Shown here piece by piece: positions 38,732 to 46,234 of a stretch of DNA of 64,000 bases. Within the stretch, counting starts at the first letter, position 1; each line of letters starts with the position of its first letter. The position numbers and the translations under genes are program-made. Source of the stretch: Myxococcota bacterium (lineage in GTDB: Bacteria; Myxococcota_A; Polyangia; Polyangiales; Sandaracinaceae); assembly GCA_036149055.1 (NCBI GenBank), contig JAYZQJ010000084.1:14482-78481 (forward strand). The letters run 5' to 3'. The notes beneath the pieces were generated by a model. The model ran no database searches, was not told the DNA's origin, and saw nothing but the letters and a program-made list of their open reading frames with translations.

Positions 38732-39277
38732 TCAGCGGAAGCAGCCCCCGACCGCCTCCATCGTGCACGCGTCGCCCACCCGCTCGAAGCACGAGCCCCA
38801 GAGATCGAAGGGCTCGAGGCACTCCATCACGCAGGCCTCGAAGTCCCCGCTCACGATCCCGGCCCGGCAGGCCGGCGAGGCCTCGTCCGCGCAGCACGTG
38901 ATCTCGTCCCAGGCCGGCTGGCAGCCCTCGCGGTTGCCGCAGTGGACGATGCTGAGGTTCAGGCAGCTCCCGCAGTCCGGGTCGGCGTCGAAGCAGCGGC
39001 TCTGGCAGTCGTCCGTGTCGCAGCTCATCAGGCAGTCGAGCGTGTCGTCGCGGCAGCCCGGCCCGTCGTAGGGCGGCACCATCGTCCCGCAGAGCGCCGG
39101 GTCCGGATCGTCGATCCCCGCGTCGACCGGCTCCACCGGCGTATCCCCGGAGTCCACCACCGGCGTGACCCCGGCGTCGCGCGGGACCACCGGCGTGTCG
39201 GCGTCCGTCTCGATCTCGAACGAGGTGTAGCAGCCGGACGCGAGCAGCACCGGCAGCGCGGCGAAGAGGCGAAGCAT
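38732..39277 (-). CDS. Cys-rich lipoprotein (paralog 2)
   Basis: LASGC lipobox; Cys spacing collinear with paralog 1 (WDxxTCCA...SPAC.AG...ACVxEC...CF). Confidence 0.8.
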   Translation of the reverse strand: MLRLFAALPVLLASGCYTSFEIETDADTPVVPRDAGVTPVVDSGDTPVEPVDAGIDDPDPALCGTMVPPYDGPGCRDDTLDCLMSCDTDDCQSRCFDADPDCGSCLNLSIVHCGNREGCQPAWDEITCCADEASPACRAGIVSGDFEACVMECLEPFDLWGSCFERVGDACTMEAVGGCFR

Positions 39278-39317
39278 GCCCGTAGCGTCGCAGAGCCGCC
39301 CCCGCCGCGCACGCCCA

Positions 39318-40985
39318 TCACCACGGCGCCTCGAACAGCTCCACCTTCTGCGCGCGGCCCGGCACCTCGCGCTCGCCCACCCGGGGCAGCTCGCGGCCGG
39401 CCGCCTCCGCCGTCGCGCGGGTCACCAGGATCTGCTGCGGCCGCGCGATCGTCTCCAGCCGGGCGGCCACGTTCACCACGTCGCCGATCGCCGTGTACTC
39501 CATGCGCGTCTCCGAGCCGACGTTGCCCACCACCGCCTCGCCGGTGTGCACGCCGATCGCGAGCTGGATCTCCACGCCGACCGACTCCCTCCAGGCCGCG
39601 TTCGCGCTCTCGAGGAAGCGCATCATGTCGCGCGCCGCCGCCAGCGCCCGGGCCGCGTGATCGGGCTGCGCGGTCGGCGCGCCCCAGATCGCCATCACGC
39701 AGTCGCCGATGAACTTGTCGACCGTGCCCTCGTGCCGGAACACCGCGCCGGTCAGCAGCGTGAACAGCTCGTTGAGCAGCGACACCACCTGCTCGGGCGG
39801 CAGCCGGTCCGACAGCGGCGTGAACGCCACCACGTCGGCGAACAGCACCGTGATCTCGCGCCGCTGGCCGCCGAGCTCCATCGACGCCTCGCGGCGGATG
39901 ATCGCCTCCACCAGCTCGGCCGGCAGGTAGCGCCCGAGGTCGGCGCGGATCGCCTGCTCGCGCCGCATCGCCTCCTCCGAGCGCTCCAGCTCCGCCGCCG
40001 CGTCGCTCAGCGCGTCGCCCAGCACCGCCAGCTCGTCGCCGGTCTCGATCGACACCCGCCGATCGAAGCGCCGCGCCGACAGCTCCTGGGTGAACGCCAC
40101 CAGCGTCGCGATCGGCGCCGCCAGCCGCCGCGCCAGCAGCAGCGACGCGATCACCGCGAGCAGCAGCGTGCCCAGGATCGTCCCGATCACGATCGCGCGC
40201 ATCTCGGCCAGCGACGCGTAGGCCACCTCGCGGGGGATCTCCGTGATCACCGCCCAGGGCGCCGCGTCGGTCGCGGCCGCGGTACGCAGCCAGCCGTCCA
40301 CCTCGCTCGAGCTCGGCGCGCGCGAGAGCGTCGCCGGCGGCGCGCCCACCGTCGACAGCCGCAAGGAAGCGTCCGGGTGGACCAGCGCGCGCCCCGCCTC
40401 GTCCACCACCATCACCCGCCCGCGCCGCGACGCGAGCTGCGCGCGCGACAGCTCGGCCACCCGGGCCTGCACCGGCGCGAGGGACACCGGCGACGCCACC
40501 CAGCCCGTCGCGCGCCCGGCCGCCGAGAGCCGCTCCACCACCAGCACCCGGACGCTCTCCCCCTCGGTCGCCTCGCCCAGCCCGCGCTCCCGCAGCGCCG
40601 CGCTCAGCGCGTCCGGCGTCTCGATCCCGCGCGCGCTCGGGTCGCCCATGCGGTCGATCAGCGCGCCCTCGGCGTCGTACACCGCCACCACCTCGAGGCT
40701 CTCGTTCGCGTCGAGCAGCCGGAGCGCCGTCGCCAGCCGCGCCTCCTCGCCGAGCGACCCGTCGGTCAGCGCGTTCCCGATCGCCGACAGCCCCGTGCGC
40801 GCCCGCCGCAGCTCCCCGTCCACCGCCGCCGCCACCTGCTCGGTCAGCGCGATCTGCAGCGCCTGCGACGACGACTCCACCTCCCGCGCGTTCACGTCGA
40901 TCAGCAGCCACCCCACCAACGCGAGCGGCAGCGCCGCCACCCCGATGGTCAGCAGCGCGATCTTCACCCGGAACGAGGTCCGCAT
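39318..40985 (-). CDS. Membrane adenylate/guanylate cyclase (class III) with Cache-like sensor and HAMP domain
   Basis: Two TM helices, HAMP (GDELAVL), VLFADVVAFT, DKFIGDCVMA, YTAIGDVVNVAARLE. Confidence 0.93.
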   Translation of the reverse strand: MRTSFRVKIALLTIGVAALPLALVGWLLIDVNAREVESSSQALQIALTEQVAAAVDGELRRARTGLSAIGNALTDGSLGEEARLATALRLLDANESLEVVAVYDAEGALIDRMGDPSARGIETPDALSAALRERGLGEATEGESVRVLVVERLSAAGRATGWVASPVSLAPVQARVAELSRAQLASRRGRVMVVDEAGRALVHPDASLRLSTVGAPPATLSRAPSSSEVDGWLRTAAATDAAPWAVITEIPREVAYASLAEMRAIVIGTILGTLLLAVIASLLLARRLAAPIATLVAFTQELSARRFDRRVSIETGDELAVLGDALSDAAAELERSEEAMRREQAIRADLGRYLPAELVEAIIRREASMELGGQRREITVLFADVVAFTPLSDRLPPEQVVSLLNELFTLLTGAVFRHEGTVDKFIGDCVMAIWGAPTAQPDHAARALAAARDMMRFLESANAAWRESVGVEIQLAIGVHTGEAVVGNVGSETRMEYTAIGDVVNVAARLETIARPQQILVTRATAEAAGRELPRVGEREVPGRAQKVELFEAPW

Positions 40986-41040
40986 CCGCCCCCATCTTAC
41001 CCCGCCGCGCCGAGGCCCCCGAGGTACGATGCCGGTCGTC

Positions 41041-41460
41041 ATGTACCGTGCGATCTCCATCCTCCTCGCCGGCCTCGTGCTCGGCCCCGCCGCCGACGCC
41101 GCCGCGTGCACGTGCGCCAGCCCATCGGTCGCGGTCGCCGTCCGAGACGCCGCCCTCGTCGCCGAGGTTCAGCTCGTGGAGGTCCAGGAGGCCGGCCAGC
41201 GCCTCCGCTTCCGGGTCGACCGCGTGTTCGCCAGCCGGATCGACGTCGAGGAGGGAGAGCACGTCTGGGTGCAGCACGTGGAATGCAACAGCGTGCCGTA
41301 CACCGGCGCCGCCGTGGGCAGCCGCTCGATTGTCTTCGTCGGCCTCCGCCTCGGCGCCCTCGTCCACGGCTACTGCGACCTCCGGCTCCCCGCCTGGCAG
41401 CCCATCCCGGGGCCACTCCTCGAGGCGCGTCGCCGCTGGCTCCGGGAGCGGGGGCGATGA
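41041..41460 (+). CDS. Exported protein with N-terminal CxC (TIMP/NTR-like)
   Basis: Signal peptide ending AAA followed by CTC; FRVDRVF; further Cys residues. Confidence 0.6.
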   Translation: MYRAISILLAGLVLGPAADAAACTCASPSVAVAVRDAALVAEVQLVEVQEAGQRLRFRVDRVFASRIDVEEGEHVWVQHVECNSVPYTGAAVGSRSIVFVGLRLGALVHGYCDLRLPAWQPIPGPLLEARRRWLRERGR

Positions 41461-42695
41461 GGGCGGGCCTGCTCGCGCTCGTCCTCTGCGCGTCGTGCGG
41501 CCCGCGCGTGCACGGGCTCGCGCTGCCGGAGACCACGGCCGGCTGGACCTCGAGCCCCCTCGACGACGCCCTGGCCGGCTGCGCGGGCGCGTGTCTCCCG
41601 GAGTGCACGGTCGAGGTCGTGGAGACGAGGGACGGGGAGCCGGTGCGCACCGGTCGCCACTGGATCGGGGGCGACGGCCGGCGCCTCTCGGTCTGGGAAG
41701 ACCCGACCGGTCAGACCGCGCACGGCGCCGTCCGGTCGGGGGGAGCGTGGCTGGACGCGGCCGCGCACGTCCCCGGCGGAGCGCACCCGATGGAGCGCCT
41801 GCTCGCGCTGATGAGCCGCCCGGGCCGGCGGCCGCCGGCCGACGGAGTCGTCCTCACCCGCACCTACTCCGACGGCTCGCTGACCTGGTGGGAGCGCGGC
41901 TCGGGCGAGCCGGAGGCGCGCGCGGTACGCCGGGAAGAGGGTGGCGGCGCGCACCAGCGCTCACGCGAGGAGGGGCCGGACGGCCGCGTCGACGCCTGGG
42001 CGGCTACGAGCGGCGACACGCGCGTTCGCCGAGCCACCTCGCCGGGCGGCTGGGTCGAAGAGGTCGAGGAGGTCCGCGCGCAGGACGTCTACCGCGAGCG
42101 CTCGGTCGTCACTCATGGGGGCCGCCGCTGGGACCGGCAGATCACCGTGCGCTACGGCCCGGACGGCGAGCTCGTCTCGGTCGAGGGAGACCCGTACGCC
42201 CGGGAGCCGCAGCGCCCCGTGTCGTGGTGGGCTGGCTGGGTCGACGACGCGAATTGCGTGCGCGTCGCGCGCGTCAGCGGACACGGCGTGGAGCCGGGGT
42301 CGCACTCCTGCGACGCGTGGGCAGAGCGCGGAGACCGCTGGATCAAGATCCGCGTCGACGCGTCGGGCCGCCCGGTCGAGCTCCTCACGGACGGCTGGTG
42401 GTGGGTGCGGGTCGAGCGCGACGCCTCGGGCGCCCCCGTCTTCGAGCGGCACGCGCGATCGCGGGGGAACGCCGGGGGGTGGTACGTCACCGAGACCCGC
42501 TGGGTCCGGGAGGCGGGACGCCTCGTCGGCGCGACCCGCCTCATCGGGCTCGCCGAGGAGCCCACCGGCCCGCTCACCGACCCCCGCGAGGAGACGGTCG
42601 CGCTGCGCTTCGAAGGCTGCCCGCCCGACGCCACGGTCGCGGTCGCGCTCGACGAAGGCGCTGTCCTCGATCGCTGGCCCTCGCGCCTGCCGTGA
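41457..42695 (+). CDS. Hypothetical lipoprotein, beta-rich
   Basis: ATGA overlap with the previous gene; LCASC lipobox. Confidence 0.65.
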   Translation: MRAGLLALVLCASCGPRVHGLALPETTAGWTSSPLDDALAGCAGACLPECTVEVVETRDGEPVRTGRHWIGGDGRRLSVWEDPTGQTAHGAVRSGGAWLDAAAHVPGGAHPMERLLALMSRPGRRPPADGVVLTRTYSDGSLTWWERGSGEPEARAVRREEGGGAHQRSREEGPDGRVDAWAATSGDTRVRRATSPGGWVEEVEEVRAQDVYRERSVVTHGGRRWDRQITVRYGPDGELVSVEGDPYAREPQRPVSWWAGWVDDANCVRVARVSGHGVEPGSHSCDAWAERGDRWIKIRVDASGRPVELLTDGWWWVRVERDASGAPVFERHARSRGNAGGWYVTETRWVREAGRLVGATRLIGLAEEPTGPLTDPREETVALRFEGCPPDATVAVALDEGAVLDRWPSRLP

Positions 42696-42812
42696 CGCCT
42701 TGCGTCGTTCAGCAGCCAGAAGCGAATGCTCCGGCGACGCCGGCGGTGTACCGTGCGGGCGTGGTCGAGACGCAGGCACGAAACCAGAGTGGCGGGGTAG
42801 GGCGGGTCTCCC

Positions 42813-44231
42813 GTGGCGGACCCTGAGGCGAAGAGACCACGGCCGGGGCTCCTCGGGTCGGCGTTCACCGTCGTGCTACTCGCGGCAGCGTCGTTCGGGT
42901 GCGCGGAGCCCGCGGCGCGGATCACCCACCGCTGCGAGGCCCGCGCGGAGAGCGTTCAAATCGGTGACCTGAGCAGCGAGGGAGGGCATCAGATCGCCGT
43001 GGCCGACGGCCGCGTGCTCCTCGCCAGCCACGAGCGGGGAACCCAGGAGTGGTCGGCTCAGTGGCGCGGCGTCTCGGATGGTCGGGCACTCTCCGACCGC
43101 TACTCGCTGGGCGTGGGCTTCGCCCATCGGCCGGTCCTCGTCCCCAGTCCAGCGGGGCCCCGCGGCGTGCTGATGGCCGACGTCTCGGCCGCCGAGGTCA
43201 CGGAGGAGTCCGCTTCTCGGATGCCGGCGCTCTGGCGGTTCCCGACCGCGGGCGGGCCGCCGGAGCGGACCGGCCTCGGCCTGGACGTCCCCGACGCGTG
43301 CCTGGCGTGCATCCACCAGTCGCTGCACGGAGCCGTCCCCGGCTATCACGGGGCCTTCCCGGTGGTCGAGCTAGCGGGCCGAACGCTCGCCGTCCTGTCG
43401 ACCATTCCAAGCGAGTGTGTGACGTCGCGCCGGCTGGGCAACCTGCAGAGAATGCGCATCGTCGACCTGGACGACCTGAGCGAGTCCGGAATCTTCTGGG
43501 GCGACGAGCCGTGCCGTGTCCTCCCTGGTGACCTCGCCGCCGGGACCGCGTGGCCCGTGGCGCTCAGCGACGGGCGCCGGATGGGAGTCTTCTTCGCCTC
43601 CGGGATCAGCGGAGTGCCCCCCATTCGCGAGTACATGATCGTCGAGGCCGACGGGACCGTCGTGTTCGGACCGATCGACGTCGGAACAACGATGGAGCGC
43701 TTCCCCGCCCTCGACTACGGCCAGGGCCGCGCGGTCCGGCTCGGCACGTCGCTGATCTTCGCGGAGTACCTGCGACGCGGAGACATCTGCTCGGGCCTTC
43801 GCATCATGAACGAGGAGGGCACGAACGTTCGCGACACCCCCTGGCAGCTGCCGTGTCGAAGCGACGACCTACTCTGGGTCTCCTGGGTAGAGCTGCGGGC
43901 GTTCGGCGACCACGCGCTCGTCGTCTGGAGCGAGCACGCCGACCCGTTCGACGCGCCCGCGTGGTCGGAGCGCGTGATGCTGGCCTTGCTGGACGACCGA
44001 GGACGTCTCGCGAGCGAGCCGCTCGAGGTGACGCCCCCCGGCGCATCGGCCCTCCGGAACGGCGCGATCGACCGCGAGACCGGGGCGCTCGTGAACCCGC
44101 TGTTCAGCCGCGCCTATCGAACCAGCGTCTGGGTCGACGACGAGTCGAACGCCTACGTGTCCTACGGGAGCGACTCGGACGAGCACCTCGGCGTCTTCGT
44201 CCGACACGTGGAGTGCGAGCCTCTCCCATGA
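42813..44231 (+). CDS. Hypothetical lipoprotein, probable beta-propeller
   Basis: ASFGC lipobox; ALVVWSE/VMLALLD blade-like strands. Confidence 0.65.
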   Translation: MADPEAKRPRPGLLGSAFTVVLLAAASFGCAEPAARITHRCEARAESVQIGDLSSEGGHQIAVADGRVLLASHERGTQEWSAQWRGVSDGRALSDRYSLGVGFAHRPVLVPSPAGPRGVLMADVSAAEVTEESASRMPALWRFPTAGGPPERTGLGLDVPDACLACIHQSLHGAVPGYHGAFPVVELAGRTLAVLSTIPSECVTSRRLGNLQRMRIVDLDDLSESGIFWGDEPCRVLPGDLAAGTAWPVALSDGRRMGVFFASGISGVPPIREYMIVEADGTVVFGPIDVGTTMERFPALDYGQGRAVRLGTSLIFAEYLRRGDICSGLRIMNEEGTNVRDTPWQLPCRSDDLLWVSWVELRAFGDHALVVWSEHADPFDAPAWSERVMLALLDDRGRLASEPLEVTPPGASALRNGAIDRETGALVNPLFSRAYRTSVWVDDESNAYVSYGSDSDEHLGVFVRHVECEPLP

Positions 44232-44340
44232 GCGGGCGGCTCGGCCCGCATGCGCCTTGCGGCGTGCATCTGGCACTGTCAGCCTGATCGCAAGCTTGGT
44301 ATACGGCGCCGGGGCCTCCCGGCGAGAAAGTGAGCGTGTC

Positions 44341-44901
44341 ATGCGTCGAGCTTCTCTTGCGATCTGCGTCCTCGTCCTCGCCCTCGGCTGCGCCGGAGAG
44401 GCGGCCCAGGAGTGGGAGATCTCCGGGCTCTCCACCCCGCCGCCCGAGACCCTCCAGGCGCACGCCGCCTCGGTCCGCGCCGCCGGCGGCCGGGTCTTCC
44501 TGGCCGAGGTCGACGCCGTCGCTGCCGTCACCCCCGAGCGCGTCCCCGGCCCCGAAGACCTCTTCGTCGAGTACCCCCAGGGCGACGTCGAGCTCACCGT
44601 CGTCGACGCCCTCGGCGAGACCATCGACGCCGAGGTCACCGTGCGCGGCTCCACCGACCTGCCCACCGTCGTCGACGCCGAGGGCGCCGAAGCCAGCGAC
44701 TGGGTCATCTCCGGCGCCTCGCTCGAGCAATGGCAGACCCGCCTCCTCCCCAGCTCCGGCGCCGCCGTCTTCTTCGTCGTCCCCGGCGCCCCCGGCGCCC
44801 CCGAGCGCGCCACCTGGATCGCCCCCGTCGTCGACGGCCAGGTCCTCGCCGACGGCTGCGTCGACGAGACTCCGGTATCCCCGAGCGCCCTCACGCGCTG
44901 A
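44341..44901 (+). CDS. Hypothetical lipoprotein
   Basis: MRRASLAICVLVLALGC lipobox; strong host codon bias. Confidence 0.7.
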   Translation: MRRASLAICVLVLALGCAGEAAQEWEISGLSTPPPETLQAHAASVRAAGGRVFLAEVDAVAAVTPERVPGPEDLFVEYPQGDVELTVVDALGETIDAEVTVRGSTDLPTVVDAEGAEASDWVISGASLEQWQTRLLPSSGAAVFFVVPGAPGAPERATWIAPVVDGQVLADGCVDETPVSPSALTR

Positions 44902-44953
44902 ACGGCAGCGGGGAAAGTGATGTGATCTCGGGCGTGTGAGGCGCCCGAGGTCA

Positions 44954-46234
44954 CTACTTAATTGCTTTTAAGTTATCCGCGCCGGCCGGGATGGCCTGGG
45001 TCAACACCCCGGCGAGATCCGAGGCGGGGTCTCCGTCGAGGCCGAGGAAGACAGGCACGCAGCGATGGTCACGGCCGACGTAGCGGCCCGTGTCGCCGAG
45101 CCGGGTGGCTCCTTTCGGGGCCGGGTACAGCAGGAGCGACGTCTGGCAGTCGAAGAGCTCGTGGTAGCAGAACATCTGCTTGATGTCCGCGCTGCTGGGC
45201 TGGCCCCCCGCCGGCAGCTTCCACTTCGTGTCGATCACGACGAGGGGGGACTCGCGGCCGGGGTGGCGCAAGGTGATGTCCGGTCGGAGCGGCCGCGCCT
45301 TGCCACCGAGCCGCCAGAACGCGCGTGAGTCCTGCGTGCGGACCTCCACCCCGGGCAGACGCAGCCGGCGCGCGAGCGCGGCGATGTAGCGCTCCCACAG
45401 CGCGTTCATGTCGAAGAGCAGCGCGAGGAACGGCGCCCGGCCGCTGCGGACGTCGGGCGCGAGCTGAAAGAGGATCAGCCGCGCGAGCTTCAGCGCCGCG
45501 CGGTACCGCGTCGTGTTCCGGGTGAGCCGGACGCGCTCCAGCGCCGCCATGTCCGGGCGCCAGGCCGGGAGCTCCGGGAACGCGTGGCGAATCCCGCGCG
45601 CGCGAGCCCGGGCCCCGGCGGAGATCGGCAGCGCGTCGAGGAGCCGCAGCGCCTCGTGGAGGGCGAGGTTCGGGAGGTTGCGGTGATCGTAGACGGGGCT
45701 CGCGACGTAGAAGCGGGCGGCGTTCACCGCGTTTCGCCGGGCGTGCTCCGGGACGAGCAGCCGGCCGCGGAACGCCGTCCGGTTCCCCTCCTCGGTGCGA
45801 TAGCCCTTGGCGAGCCCCTGGTGCACGAGCCGCTCGCACTCGTCGAGGAAGTGCTGGATGAAGAGATCGAAGAGCCGGCCCGGATCGAGCCGCAGCTGCG
45901 CTTCGTCCTGCGACTCGAGCCCCAGGTCGCCGACGACCCGGAGCATGTGGACGAGCGCCCGATGCCAGCGGCCGTGCCCTCCCGCTTCGCTTCGGTCGGC
46001 CTTCGGCAGGATCTCGAGCGAGAGGTCGCCCAGCTGGAGCACGCCCACGTACGAGCCGAAGCGAACCGTGCGACGCCCGCACGAGAGGTATCGGTCGGCG
46101 GTCCCGTCGGCGAACGACGCGAGGGCGCGGTGCTCCGCGGCGCCCAGCGCGTGCTCGCCTCCGGTGGAGGTTCGCAGCGGCTCGCCGACGCGCACCGTGG
46201 TGTGCTCGAACACCTGGACGGTGATCGACGGCAC
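44954..46234 (-). CDS. mcrC: McrC-family restriction endonuclease subunit
   Basis: YVGVLQ...LEILPK, LLFDMNALWERY, LRPDI...VIDTKWK (PD-D/ExK), ADIKQMFCY; directly downstream of McrB. Confidence 0.92.
   Translation of the reverse strand: MPSITVQVFEHTTVRVGEPLRTSTGGEHALGAAEHRALASFADGTADRYLSCGRRTVRFGSYVGVLQLGDLSLEILPKADRSEAGGHGRWHRALVHMLRVVGDLGLESQDEAQLRLDPGRLFDLFIQHFLDECERLVHQGLAKGYRTEEGNRTAFRGRLLVPEHARRNAVNAARFYVASPVYDHRNLPNLALHEALRLLDALPISAGARARARGIRHAFPELPAWRPDMAALERVRLTRNTTRYRAALKLARLILFQLAPDVRSGRAPFLALLFDMNALWERYIAALARRLRLPGVEVRTQDSRAFWRLGGKARPLRPDITLRHPGRESPLVVIDTKWKLPAGGQPSSADIKQMFCYHELFDCQTSLLLYPAPKGATRLGDTGRYVGRDHRCVPVFLGLDGDPASDLAGVLTQAIPAGADNLKAIK

Noticed and set aside
39276..42695. 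1139-aa plus-strand ORF as one protein
   Set aside because: Only the part from ATG 41457 (lipobox, ATGA coupling) looks real; the rest is antisense to the cyclase and overlaps the 41041-41460 gene in another frame.
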